A stretch of 64,000 nt of DNA from an uncultured Bacillota bacterium (lineage in GTDB: Bacteria; Sysuimicrobiota; Sysuimicrobiia; Sysuimicrobiales; Segetimicrobiaceae): the NCBI GenBank assembly GCA_963804645.1, contig CAWDRG010000009.1:1120001-1184000 (forward strand), in the 5' to 3' direction. Both the position numbers and the translations under genes were made by a program. The notes under the pieces are model-generated. The model was given only the letters and a program-made list of their open reading frames with translations, was not told the DNA's origin and did not search any database. Below are positions 49,680 through 59,290 of this stretch, piece after piece (positions within the stretch are counted from its first letter, which is position 1; every line of letters begins with the position of its first letter).

Positions 49680-50912
49680 GTGGACGCACACGATGACCGG
49701 ACCGCCGCGCCCAGGCAGTCGTGGATCGCGGTGCTCGCGATCTTCTCGATCACGTCGGTGGTCGAGACGATGGGCGTGAGCCAGATCTCGGCGTTTCTGC
49801 CGCTGGACCTCAGGACGATGGGGCTGGCCCCGGGGGCGATTCCGCGGCTGGTGGGCCTCCTGAATGCGCTGATATTCATCCTCGGCCTGCCGCTCGTACC
49901 GCTGTGGGGCGCGTTCGCGGACAAGTACAGCCGCAAGCTCGTCATCGCCCGCAGTGCCGTGGTGGAGGCGCTTGTGTTCGGATTGGTCGCGCTGAGCCGC
50001 CGGCCGTGGGAGCTCGCGGGCAGCCTCCTGCTCGTCGGGTTCCAGTTGGGAAACACGGGAGTGATGCTTGCGACGATCCGCGACGCGACGCCCCGCAACC
50101 GCCTCGGGACCGCCGTCGCGATCTTCGGCTCGATGTCGCCGATCGGGTTCGCGGCCGGTCCGGCCGTGGGCAGCCTGCTGCTGGACCGCCTGCACGCGCC
50201 GATCGCCGCCGTGTATGGGCTCTCGTCGGCCCTGTCGGTCGGCACCGCGATTCTGCTGATGGTCGGGCTGCGAGAGGTGCGGCCGTCGATCGTGCCGACC
50301 GCGACCGTGCTCCAACTAGCGCGCGCGGCGATGCGCGGTGTGCTGATCGACCCGGTCACCCGGCGGCTGTTCGTCCTGTTCGGTTGCACGCTGTTCGCCC
50401 GGTGGATGGTGTGGCCGTTTCTGCCGATCGCCGTCGAGCGGGTCCACGCGGGCGGGGCCGGCCTCGCGAGCGCGATCGCGCTGGTCGTCGGCACGGCCGC
50501 GCTCGTGGGCGGCGTGGTCTCCCCGCTCGCGGGGACGATCGGCGACCGGATCGGGTTCCGTCCGGTCATGATCGGCGCCATGGTGGGCGCGGGCGCGGCG
50601 TTCGCGGCGCTGCCGGCTGCGTCCACCGTGACCAGGCTCGCGGTCGCCAGCGGCGCGGCGGCGGCGTGCGGGGCGGCCGTCAGCGCGATGGTGTTTGCCA
50701 TGCTGGCCACCGAGGTCCCCGCCGAGCGGCGGTCGGCGACGCTGAACCTGGTCTATCTGCCGCTGTATCTGGCCGGGATCGCCGGGCCGGCCGCGGGTGC
50801 GCTCGTCGTGGGGGGAGGGCTCGGCGCGGTCTTCTACACGGCCGCCGCGGTGGTGGCCGCGGGGGCGCTCTTCGCCTGGACGTCGATGGCTCGGCGCACG
50901 CGGCCGGCCTAG
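49680..50912 (+). CDS. MFS transporter
   Basis: PLWGAFADKYSRK, GDRIGFR, about 12 TM; GAGGAGG RBS. Confidence 0.88.
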   Translation: MDAHDDRTAAPRQSWIAVLAIFSITSVVETMGVSQISAFLPLDLRTMGLAPGAIPRLVGLLNALIFILGLPLVPLWGAFADKYSRKLVIARSAVVEALVFGLVALSRRPWELAGSLLLVGFQLGNTGVMLATIRDATPRNRLGTAVAIFGSMSPIGFAAGPAVGSLLLDRLHAPIAAVYGLSSALSVGTAILLMVGLREVRPSIVPTATVLQLARAAMRGVLIDPVTRRLFVLFGCTLFARWMVWPFLPIAVERVHAGGAGLASAIALVVGTAALVGGVVSPLAGTIGDRIGFRPVMIGAMVGAGAAFAALPAASTVTRLAVASGAAAACGAAVSAMVFAMLATEVPAERRSATLNLVYLPLYLAGIAGPAAGALVVGGGLGAVFYTAAAVVAAGALFAWTSMARRTRPA

Positions 50913-50932
50913 CCCCTCCGGCCGCGCCCCGG

Positions 50933-51828
50933 CTACGGGCTCTTGACTTCGACTCCTGCGATCCGCTCGAACACTTTAACCAGCGCGACGGTATCCTCGC
51001 CTTCGAGGCCGAGCCCCCGGGCGAGCGTGAACGACAAATAGGCGCCGGCGGTGACCGGCGTCGGCAGATTGTGCTCCTGCGCCAGCTCCTGCGCGAGGCG
51101 CAGATCCTTGTGGGCTAGGACGATCTGAAAGGCGGCCTCGAACTGACGCTTCAGAATCCGGCTGCCTCGTCCGGGGATCTGGTTGGTGGCCCCGGTGCCG
51201 GCGGCGAGTCCCTCGATCATCCGCTGCGGCTCCAGGCCGGCGCGCACGCCCAGCGGCAGGAGCTCCGCGAGGAGCGCCATCGATGACAGCGACAGCGCAT
51301 TGTTCAGGAGCTTGATGACGTGGCCGGTGCCGGACCCGCCCATGTGCACGATCGTCTGCCCCATCGCCTCGAGCACCGGGCGCACGCGGGCCAGGTCGTC
51401 GGGTGCCCCGCCGACGTAGATCGTGAGCGTGCCCTCGCGCGCGCCGCGAGTCCCCCCGTGATCGGGGCGTCCAGCATCGCGATGTCGCGTTCGCGGAGGC
51501 GTTCGGCGAGCATGCGTGTCGAGGCTGGCCGGCTGGTGCCCATGTCGATGAACACGCTGCCGGGTCGCCCGGCCTCGAGCATGCCGCCGGGCCCGAGGAC
51601 GGCGGTTTCGACCTCGGTCGAGCTCGGAAGACACGCGATGACCACGGAGCAGTCCGCGACCAAGGACGCGAGCGATGGGGCGATCCGCGCGCCCAGCGCC
51701 TCGAGCGCCTGGGCCGGCTCGGGCCGTCGGTGCGCGATCGTCGTCACGTCGAAGCCCTTGCGAACGAGGTTCGCGGCCATGGGCTGACCCATGCGGCCGA
51801 TGCCGATAAATCCGATGCGCTCAGGCAT
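50933..51828 (-). CDS. Beta-hydroxyacid dehydrogenase (3-hydroxyisobutyrate/tartronate semialdehyde reductase family), apparent frameshift in a G-run near 51455
   Basis: IGFIGIGRMG, DAPITGG, G.G..IKLLNN, KDLRLA. Confidence 0.88.
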
Positions 51829-51993
51829 GATGGGTCCGCCGGCGCGTTGGCCGATGCTGCGGCGCGGCGGAGGGCCTCCCTTCGCAAGATCGATCGAACC
51901 CGCGTCGAACGGGGAAGAGTTCGGATCGGACGGGAGGGCTTCCTTCGCACGGGCACGTAGAAGACATTTAGACTGGTGCCCCGGGGGGGACGG

Positions 51994-52767
51994 ATGGCAC
52001 GCACGGCGGATTTCAACTGTGATCTCGGCGAGAGCTTCGGCGTCTACACGATCGGCGAGGACGCCGAGATGATGCCGGTGGTCACGTCCGCGAACATCGC
52101 CTGCGGCGTGCACGGCGGGGACCCCCTCGTCATGGAGCGCACCGTCCGGTTGGCGCTGTCGCACGGGGTGGGCATCGGCGCGCACCCGGGCTTCCCCGAT
52201 CTCGCCGGGTTCGGGCGCCGCGACATGCGCCTTTCGCCGGACGAACTCCGGACGACCCTGATCTACCAGATCGGCGCGCTGTGGGCGTTCGCCCGCGCCC
52301 AGGGGGCGTCGCTGCAGCACGTCAAGGGCCACGGGGCGCTGTACAACATGGCCGCCAACGACGAGGCACAGTCCCGGGCGATCGTGGACGCGGTCGCGAG
52401 CGTGGATCGTTCCCTGATTTTGGTCGCTCTCTGCGGATCGGTCATGGAGCGTGTCGGGCGCGAGGCCGGCCTGCGGGTCGCGGGGGAGGCGTTCGGCGAC
52501 CGCGGCTACCGGCGCGACGGGACGCTGGTGAGCCGGAGCCATCCCGGGGCCCTCGTGACCGACCCGGCGGCGGTGGCGCGCCGGGTGGTGCGCATGGTGA
52601 CGGAGGGCATGGTCGAGGCGGCGGACGGCGGCGAGGTGCGCCTCGCGCCGGACACGATCTGCTTTCACGGCGACACACCCGGCGCCCCGCGCCTCGTCCG
52701 CGCGGCGAGAGAGGCCCTGACCCGCGCCGGCGTCGAGATCGCGCCGCTCGGACAATGGCTGTCGTAG
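51994..52767 (+). CDS. pxpA: 5-oxoprolinase subunit A (LamB/YcsF family)
   Basis: DFNCDLGESFG, SANIACG.HGGDP, GAHP, FGRR, HVK.HGALYN, TIC.HGD. Confidence 0.92.
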   Translation: MARTADFNCDLGESFGVYTIGEDAEMMPVVTSANIACGVHGGDPLVMERTVRLALSHGVGIGAHPGFPDLAGFGRRDMRLSPDELRTTLIYQIGALWAFARAQGASLQHVKGHGALYNMAANDEAQSRAIVDAVASVDRSLILVALCGSVMERVGREAGLRVAGEAFGDRGYRRDGTLVSRSHPGALVTDPAAVARRVVRMVTEGMVEAADGGEVRLAPDTICFHGDTPGAPRLVRAAREALTRAGVEIAPLGQWLS

Positions 52768-53660
52768 AGTCTCCGCGCGCCGTGTGGATCGATTGGGGCC
52801 GCACGATCGCGTACATCGACCACAGCGGGAGCGAGCTGGAACGTGCGCGCCTGCGGGGCATTCTCGGCCGGCCGCGTCCCGACGCGAAAGTGATTCGCGG
52901 CCTCGAGGCCCGACAGCGCGACGACGGCGGTTTTCCGTACGGCTTCGTGCAGGGACGGCCGTCCACGGTCGACACGACGGCGACTGCGCTCGCGTGGCTC
53001 GACGACCTGGGGCTGTTGGACAGCCTCCACGCGGAGCGCGCGCTCGTGTTCCTCGTGGCGGCCCAGCGCCCCGAAGGGGCGTGGGACGAGCCCGCCGCGC
53101 TGTTCCGGTACAGCCCGCCGCCGCAGCTCGTCCCCGGAGATCTCCGGGTGCGCGTGGCCTCGACCGCGCTGGTCGGCTACTGGCTCGCGCGCGCCGGGGA
53201 GCGCGGCGACACGGTGATGCGCGCGGCGGCGTACCTCCGGACGCATCAGGCGCCGAGCGGCCGGTTCGCCGGGTTCCTGCGCGCCACGTGGCTGGCGGCG
53301 GCGCTGTTCCACATGGTGGAGGGACCGGGGGCGGCGCCGGTCGTGCGGGCGTTCGACGCGCTGGCCGCCGTCTCGCCGGATCACTGGCGGCCGGGCGCGC
53401 TCGCGCAGGCGCTCGGCGTCCTCGGAGACGCCGGCGTGGGCGCGGACGTGCTGTTCGTCGCCGACAGCCTGACGCGTTTGTGCGCCGCGTGCCAGCCCGA
53501 CGGGTCGTGGATCTCCGAGGACGGCGACGCCTATCACGTCGAGGTGACGCTGCACGCGCTCCGTGCGCTGCTTCGCTACGCTGGAACGGCCGGGGGAGCC
53601 GAGCGCGCCGGCGCCGGCGTGGCGGAGGCAAACTCTTCTCTCGAGGGGACGATCCGATGA
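52755..53660 (+). CDS. Prenyltransferase/squalene-oxidase repeat (alpha/alpha barrel) protein
   Basis: Repeated QW-like motifs (QRDDGGF, QRPEGAW, QAPSGRF, QPDGSW); start may be GTG 52782. Confidence 0.75.
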   Translation: MAVVESPRAVWIDWGRTIAYIDHSGSELERARLRGILGRPRPDAKVIRGLEARQRDDGGFPYGFVQGRPSTVDTTATALAWLDDLGLLDSLHAERALVFLVAAQRPEGAWDEPAALFRYSPPPQLVPGDLRVRVASTALVGYWLARAGERGDTVMRAAAYLRTHQAPSGRFAGFLRATWLAAALFHMVEGPGAAPVVRAFDALAAVSPDHWRPGALAQALGVLGDAGVGADVLFVADSLTRLCAACQPDGSWISEDGDAYHVEVTLHALRALLRYAGTAGGAERAGAGVAEANSSLEGTIR

Positions 53661-53995
53661 GTGAGCAGGTCGTGAAGGAGCTTCAAACCGTCGTCAGCGC
53701 GGCGATCGAAGAGCGGCGCGGGCTCGTCGTGTACTCTCGGCTGGAGCCGGTGGAGGTCGACCGGCTGGCCCGTAAGATTGAGCGGGACACGCTCGAGAAA
53801 GTGCAGGGTCTCCTGCCGGAGGAGACTCTGGATCAGCGGGTGCTCGGTCTGCGGAACCGGCTCAAGCGGATGCAGGACGAGTTGGAGCAGCTGGGCGAGT
53901 TGGGGGACATCCGGGAGCACAGCCGGAGCTTGCAGACGGACGAAATCTTATGGCAGACCTTCGAGGACGTGGCCTGGATGCTCGGCGTACAGTAG
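53657..53995 (+). CDS. Hypothetical helical/coiled-coil protein
   Basis: ATGA coupling, GAGGGG RBS, charged helical 112-aa product. Confidence 0.7.
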   Translation: MSEQVVKELQTVVSAAIEERRGLVVYSRLEPVEVDRLARKIERDTLEKVQGLLPEETLDQRVLGLRNRLKRMQDELEQLGELGDIREHSRSLQTDEILWQTFEDVAWMLGVQ

Positions 53996-54007
53996 GGTCG
54001 GGGTGCC

Positions 54008-54379
54008 TCAGCGGCGCCTGCCGCCGCGCTTCGCCTCCGTGTTGCGCTTCAGGTCGAGGAGCCGCTCCTCGCTTTCCTTCATGAACCGGGTGAGCTTTTC
54101 CTCGAACGTGGCTTTAGATCGCGCGCGAGCCTGCCGCTCCGCGGGGTCGAGCGCCTGCTTGACGGAGAGATCAAGCTTGCCCTTGTCGTTGTAGCCGAGC
54201 ACCTTGACCTTAATGCGCTCCTGCTCTTTCAGGTAGTCGCGCACGTCCTTGACGTAGGTGTCGGCGATCTCAGAAATATGGACGAGCCCGCTTTTACCGT
54301 CTGGCAGTTCGACGAACGCACCGTAGTGGGTGATCTTTACGACGACGCCCTCAAGAACCGTGCCTGCTTCCAAGCTCAT
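54008..54379 (-). CDS. S1-domain RNA-binding protein (YabR/YugI-like)
   Basis: G.V..IT.YGAFV, GLVHISEIA, LS.KQ, FEEKL..FMKESEERL. Confidence 0.93.
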   Translation of the reverse strand: MSLEAGTVLEGVVVKITHYGAFVELPDGKSGLVHISEIADTYVKDVRDYLKEQERIKVKVLGYNDKGKLDLSVKQALDPAERQARARSKATFEEKLTRFMKESEERLLDLKRNTEAKRGGRRR

Positions 54380-54420
54380 ACTTTCAGCCTGATCCTCCCC
54401 AGTCTAGAGACGCAGAGCGT

Positions 54421-54450
54421 ATTATACCGAGGCCCGGGTAGGGGTGTCAA
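54421..54450 (-). promoter_or_regulatory. Consensus sigma70 promoter of the S1 gene
   Basis: TTGACA-N18-TATAAT on the minus strand. Confidence 0.85.
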
Positions 54451-54633
54451 GGATGTGTAACGCGCGCCAACGGTGAGGAATAGGACCCGGCAGGCCGGGC
54501 ATCCGGGAGCGGGTTGGGAACGCCGGAAACAGCGTGATGGAGAGTGGGCTCGAAGCGATCGGCTTCGAGAGGGTGAAGAGCGCAGCGAGCACAGCGAGTG
54601 CGAGAGCCGGAGCAGCCACCAGCGCCCCGGTGT

Positions 54634-56091
54634 TTAGGAGGTATCGAAGCGGATTTGGATGGCGGGTCTCGACTCCTCGGGAAGCAGGTGATGGCGCAGG
54701 TCCTCGAGGAGCCGGCGGGCGATGTTTTTGAGACTGCCAAACAGTGCCAGCGGCGTTTTGCCGTGCCGCTGGGCCAGATGCTGAAGCAGACTCCCCCGCT
54801 CCAGTAGTTGCAGCATCATGTGTGCGATCTGCAGGAGATAGTAGTAGGCCTTGATCAACTCCGGATCGGTGCTGTAGGGATGCTCCAAGTTCAGCTCGCT
54901 GTTTTTTTGGACATTGAATCCCGCCTCAATCGTCCAGCGACGTCGCCCCCCTTTCATCGCGATTTCCACGACCGTCTCCCGAGTCACCGGCAGGTTCGTC
55001 ATCCACACGAACGTCGTCGTGGTGTCCTTGACCGTCTCCTCGCACAACAAGGCGTTGAACCGGTACGGGCGCCGGTGCGCATCCTCCGCCGTCATCCCCG
55101 TCGCCCATCGGTACGCCTGCCGCGTGCCATTCGGCAGGGTCAGCCGCAGGACGTGCTCCGGGCACAACGCCAACACGGCCTGAAACTCGGTCCAAGCAGT
55201 CTGCGCGTTCCCCGCCTTGAACGTGAACACATAGCTCCAGCCCTGGGCTTCGACCAACCGCACGGCCGGCGCACACGCATACAGCGCGTCACTGGTCACA
55301 CACAAGGCCGTCTGGGGATACGCCTCCCGCAGGCTCGGTACCAGGCGGCGAAACGCGGCCAGCTCGCAGTCTTGCTTCCATGAGTCCAGGTCGCGCCCCG
55401 CCCGCGCCGGCCGATCGGCGTTCTCGATAAACGCCGTCCCCATGGACAGCCCGAGGCCGCCGGGCCCGAGGAGTTTCGCCTCTTCGACCATGTGCAGATA
55501 CACGTCGTGGGTCGCATGACGCCGCACCAAGCACTGGGGACAATGCTCCGTGCGAAAGTGGAGATGGCCGGTCCCGTCGATCGCGACCACCACGCGCCCC
55601 AGCAACCGCGCCGCATCCAGGACTTTCATCCGGAGGAGCCGCCGGATCATCTGCGTCCGCAGCGCCGCCAGCGGCGCGCTCCCCACATGCCCCAAGAAGT
55701 GATCCAACGTGTCGTGCACCGGCAAGGTCGCTTGCTGCGTGCCGGCGAGCCGATTGACATTGCCCAGCACCTGCGTCGTCGCATCGCGTAAGTCAAAGTC
55801 CAACTGGCGCCGGCTGCCCAGCTTGCAGCAGAACAGCAACACCCCCCACCAGGCCAGAAACTTCTTGTCGTACTCGATGAACGGCACATATCGGGTGTCC
55901 GGCAGCGCATCCAGCCACTGATTGAGCGCCGGCCAGAAGTGCTGGACCGTCCGCCGAAAGGCGGAGCTCAGCGTCCCGTGGATCGACCCGCCCGCTGCTT
56001 CCGGGCGCGGACGTGGCCCCGGATCCGCGCCAGCGCTAGCTCCGTGCTCTCCTGGATCACCTGGCGCAGCCGCTGGTATTCGTCGACCCAT
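54634..56091 (-). CDS. DDE transposase (IS4/ISAs1-like superfamily; family not assigned)
   Basis: VAIDGTG (D1), KQDCE, SDALYA (D2), GRRRWTIEAGFNVQK (E); true start uncertain. Confidence 0.85.
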   Translation of the reverse strand: MGRRIPAAAPGDPGEHGASAGADPGPRPRPEAAGGSIHGTLSSAFRRTVQHFWPALNQWLDALPDTRYVPFIEYDKKFLAWWGVLLFCCKLGSRRQLDFDLRDATTQVLGNVNRLAGTQQATLPVHDTLDHFLGHVGSAPLAALRTQMIRRLLRMKVLDAARLLGRVVVAIDGTGHLHFRTEHCPQCLVRRHATHDVYLHMVEEAKLLGPGGLGLSMGTAFIENADRPARAGRDLDSWKQDCELAAFRRLVPSLREAYPQTALCVTSDALYACAPAVRLVEAQGWSYVFTFKAGNAQTAWTEFQAVLALCPEHVLRLTLPNGTRQAYRWATGMTAEDAHRRPYRFNALLCEETVKDTTTTFVWMTNLPVTRETVVEIAMKGGRRRWTIEAGFNVQKNSELNLEHPYSTDPELIKAYYYLLQIAHMMLQLLERGSLLQHLAQRHGKTPLALFGSLKNIARRLLEDLRHHLLPEESRPAIQIRFDTS

Positions 56092-56330
56092 GCGCGAACC
56101 TCAGCCACCAGCTCGACCGGGACATAGGTGGTCTGGGTCTTGCCGTCGACCGAGCGCGTCAGGTAGTGCCCCACGTGGAGCGCCCCCTGCGCGCAGTGGC
56201 ACCCCGGCCGGCCGCAGCGCCGCGCGATTTGCACCAAGCTCGCCGCCAGCACCGGCCCGCGGGCCTGTAATTGCTTGACCCGCGCGTCGAGCTGGCGACG
56301 CTGCAGCGTCGGGTGGTCCCGCATGCGCAT
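55968..56330 (-). CDS. IS-associated small basic protein, DUF6788-like
   Basis: RCGRPGCHC..G..H motif, GKT.T.YVP, basic helical ends; directly upstream of the transposase. Confidence 0.78.
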   Translation of the reverse strand: MRMRDHPTLQRRQLDARVKQLQARGPVLAASLVQIARRCGRPGCHCAQGALHVGHYLTRSVDGKTQTTYVPVELVAEVRAWVDEYQRLRQVIQESTELALARIRGHVRARKQRAGRSTGR

Positions 56331-56698
56331 GGTTCATTCCCTTCGACACCACGCCCCGCGCCCCCACCCCGCGCGCCGCCGAGGATGCCTGCTAAGCGAT
56401 CCACTATTCAGTATTGACCCCTGAAATTCCTGCTGCGAAGAAAATAATTGGCGAGAAACCGCCTGGGGACACGCATCGTCGCGGACGCGTGCTGCTAACC
56501 GCTTACCGCGGGGGGGCGAGGTGCGACGAATTCTTATTCTTCAGGGCTGAACGCGCGCCCGGGGCTCCCGCCGTCGGAGCGGGCGGCCGCCTGCCGCGTC
56601 AACCGGACGACGGGTCCTGGTAATCGGGCTGGCGCGTGTGCGGCACGCCGCCGACGCTCGCGAACCCTCGGCGACGCCGGCACCGGCCAGACCCCGAG

Positions 56699-57112
56699 CT
56701 ACGGGGCCATGGTGATCATCCATGAGACCCCGAAGCGGTCGTCCACCATGCCGAACCGCGGCGAGAAGAACGTCTTGGTCAGTGGCATTTGCACCTGCCC
56801 GCCGTCGGCCAGCGCCGCGAACAATCGCTCGGCTTCGGCCTCGGTCGCGCACGTGAGCGTCAGCGCGAACCCCTCGAAGTTGGGATGCCCGAGGCACCGA
56901 CCATCTGACGCCAGGACGATCGTGTCGCCGATGCGGAGGTTCATGTGCATCACCTTGTTCTCCGCGCCGGGCGGCACCATGCCCTGGTCCTGGGGACCGG
57001 GGAAGTCCTTGAAACGCATGAGCATCGTGACTTCGGCCCCCAGGGTGCTGCCGTAGAACTCGGCGGCTTCCTCGCACCGCCCGTCGAAGAACAGATACGT
57101 TTGCAGCTGCAT
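56699..57112 (-). CDS. VOC family protein, PhnB-like
   Basis: YLFFDGRCEEA..FY, VMH, LADGG.VQMP, FGM..DRFGVSWM; GGAGG RBS. Confidence 0.92.
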   Translation of the reverse strand: MQLQTYLFFDGRCEEAAEFYGSTLGAEVTMLMRFKDFPGPQDQGMVPPGAENKVMHMNLRIGDTIVLASDGRCLGHPNFEGFALTLTCATEAEAERLFAALADGGQVQMPLTKTFFSPRFGMVDDRFGVSWMITMAP

Positions 57113-57205
57113 CGCGGTACCTCCGTCTGGGTTGACTTGCGACTCTACGATCCACGCGCTTCCCGAGGCCGTCGGGCGGCCGCGAACACGCGTCGTCGTT
57201 CGGCC

Positions 57206-57619
57206 CTACGGTTCGAGGGAGAGCGAGCGACCGAGCGGCGCGCTGTGCCGCGATCTGGCATGGGCGGGCGTGAGCCGCCAGCGGCCGTAGGCGACAAACG
57301 CCGACAGGAGTCCCACCGCCAGCGGAAACATCGCCGGCGCGGTCCCGGCGTTCCAGAGCGTGAACGCCGTCGCGCCGATCATGACGATCAGCAGCCCGGC
57401 GGCGGCCAGCGGTGTCAGGGCGGGGCGGATGCGCAGCACCCCCGGCAGGATCAGGCCGATCGCGCCGAGCAGTTCGGCCGCGCCGATGGACCGCACCAAC
57501 GGGCCCGGCAGCGGCATCTGTTCCGTCAGCATCTTGAGCGGCATAACCAGCTTGACGCCGCCTGCGAGGACAAAGACGAGCGCCAGCAGTCCCTGCACGA
57601 TCCACAATGCGCGGTTCAT
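57206..57619 (-). CDS. DoxX-like membrane protein
   Basis: LWIVQGLLA..F..AG..KL, E.LGAIGLILP, LTPLAAAGL, FVAYGR. Confidence 0.87.
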   Translation of the reverse strand: MNRALWIVQGLLALVFVLAGGVKLVMPLKMLTEQMPLPGPLVRSIGAAELLGAIGLILPGVLRIRPALTPLAAAGLLIVMIGATAFTLWNAGTAPAMFPLAVGLLSAFVAYGRWRLTPAHARSRHSAPLGRSLSLEP

Positions 57620-57765
57620 CGGCCGTCTCCTTGGCGCCTCACCGTCGTGCGCGGACACAAGGTGAGGAGAATAGGTTCCTCGATCGTGCGATGGTGCCGC
57701 AGCTCGGCGAGCGTGTCCGTCTCTGCGACGCGCGTGACGGGGTCGGCCATCTGGGTCGTCCCGTG

Positions 57766-58728
57766 TCAGGCGCGCGCGAGGTAGTCCGCGAGCTGGTCCA
57801 GCGTGCCCCCGAAGCCCCGCTGCATCGAGTCGTGCCCCGCTTCGAACGCACGGTGCTGCGATGCGGTCGCCTCGATTGGGCGTCCCCGCAGCGTGACCGT
57901 CGTCTTCCCGGCGTGCTCGGCGAACGTTACCGTGGTCAGGACTTGCAGCGGCCAGTCTTGATTGAACGGCGCTCGGATCGTGTTCCCCAGCGCATCCGAA
58001 AATGAGTTCACCAGCACGATCCGTTCGGGCGCGTGGATCTCTCGGTACACGAATTTCCCCCACATCTCCTGGCCGTTCGGGGCGCGCATACAGTAGTGCA
58101 GCATGCCGCCCGGGCGCAGATCCAACGTGGCCGAGACCCACGTGAAGCCCTTCGGCCCCCACCAGGCCGCCAAGCGGTCGGTTTCGGTCCATGCCTTGAA
58201 CACAAGGTCGCGCGGCGCGTCGAAGACGCGCGTGAGGGTGAACTCCCGCTCGCCGGAGTGGTCGGCGGTCATCGCGGCGAGGCGCTCCTGCAGGCGGCCG
58301 AGTGTCTGATTCAGGCCTTCGATGGCGCCGTACTGCTTCACCGCCGCCTCGCGCTCCGCGGCCGTGCCGAAGAGCATCCGGACGCTGACCGTGGTCCGGC
58401 CGCCCTCTTCGGCGAACGTCGCCGTCACCTGAAAGGCCGGCGATACGTGCGCGTAGACCAGGCGTTCCGGTGTCACGATCTCGCGATAGACGACCTCGTT
58501 GGGATAGTCGACGCCGTCCGGGCCGTGCATAATGAACCGCCACGCGCCGCCGGGCCTCACGTCCATCTCATGGATCGTGACGGTAAAGCCGTTCGGTCCC
58601 CACCAGTGCGCGATGTGGGCCGCATCCGTCCACATCTGGAACACGAGGGCGCGCGGCGCGTCGAAGACGCGCGTGGCGACGATCTCGCGATCGGCGGTGC
58701 TGTCGATCGGATCGCGTATGGTGGCCAC
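57766..58728 (-). CDS. Tandem SRPBCC (AHSA1) domain protein
   Basis: Two units of R.FDAPR.LVF..WT...WWGP.GF...D.RPGG; GGAGG RBS. Confidence 0.9.
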   Translation of the reverse strand: MATIRDPIDSTADREIVATRVFDAPRALVFQMWTDAAHIAHWWGPNGFTVTIHEMDVRPGGAWRFIMHGPDGVDYPNEVVYREIVTPERLVYAHVSPAFQVTATFAEEGGRTTVSVRMLFGTAAEREAAVKQYGAIEGLNQTLGRLQERLAAMTADHSGEREFTLTRVFDAPRDLVFKAWTETDRLAAWWGPKGFTWVSATLDLRPGGMLHYCMRAPNGQEMWGKFVYREIHAPERIVLVNSFSDALGNTIRAPFNQDWPLQVLTTVTFAEHAGKTTVTLRGRPIEATASQHRAFEAGHDSMQRGFGGTLDQLADYLARA

Positions 58729-58798
58729 TGTTTTTACCTCCGTGGGAGCTCGTGCAGGAGCGCGCCAGGGCGATCCGCGCACGGCACCGGGGCCTGAC

Positions 58799-59290
58799 TC
58801 ACGCCGCGGCGAGATACGTGTCGAGCCGCTCCAACTGCTGCGTCCATCCCGCTTCCGCCCCGCGCAGGTGCGGCGCGCCCTCGGGGGTGGCCGAGAGCAC
58901 ATGGGCCGTGACCGTGAGCGTCGTCGTGGCGCCGTGATCGGCGAACGTCACCGTGTGCCGCACGGCAAACAGAGGGCGCCCGGTCCCGTCGAGCGCGCTG
59001 CCGACGAAGACGATCCGCTCGGGCTCCACGATCTCCTCGTACGTGCCGCTCATCGGGTACACGGTACCGTCGGGCCCACGCATGTGGATGCGCATGGCAC
59101 CGCCGGGCCGCACATCCAGCTCGCAGACGGGGTTCGTAAAGCCGCGCGGCCCCCACCACTGCGCCACGCGCGCGGGATCGGTCCACGCCTGGAACACCAG
59201 GCTGCGCGGCGCGTTGAACGTCCGCGAGAGAACGAGATCAGGCGTTCCCTCGTTTGCCGCGCGGTGTGCGGCGGCGTCCTTTGCCGGCAT
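58799..59290 (-). CDS. SRPBCC (AHSA1) domain protein
   Basis: RTFNAPRSLVFQAWTDP, WWGP.GF, DVRPGG, GW...LERL. Confidence 0.9.
   Translation of the reverse strand: MPAKDAAAHRAANEGTPDLVLSRTFNAPRSLVFQAWTDPARVAQWWGPRGFTNPVCELDVRPGGAMRIHMRGPDGTVYPMSGTYEEIVEPERIVFVGSALDGTGRPLFAVRHTVTFADHGATTTLTVTAHVLSATPEGAPHLRGAEAGWTQQLERLDTYLAAA

Larger units (their letters stand above)
54468..56549 (-). mobile_element. Complete 2082-bp insertion sequence with two ORFs, imperfect TIRs and a 9-bp target-site duplication
   Basis: AACGCGCGC at 54459-54467 and 56550-56558; ends CAACGGTGAGGAATAGGA and CAGCCCTGAAGAATAAGA (13/18 match). Confidence 0.88.
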
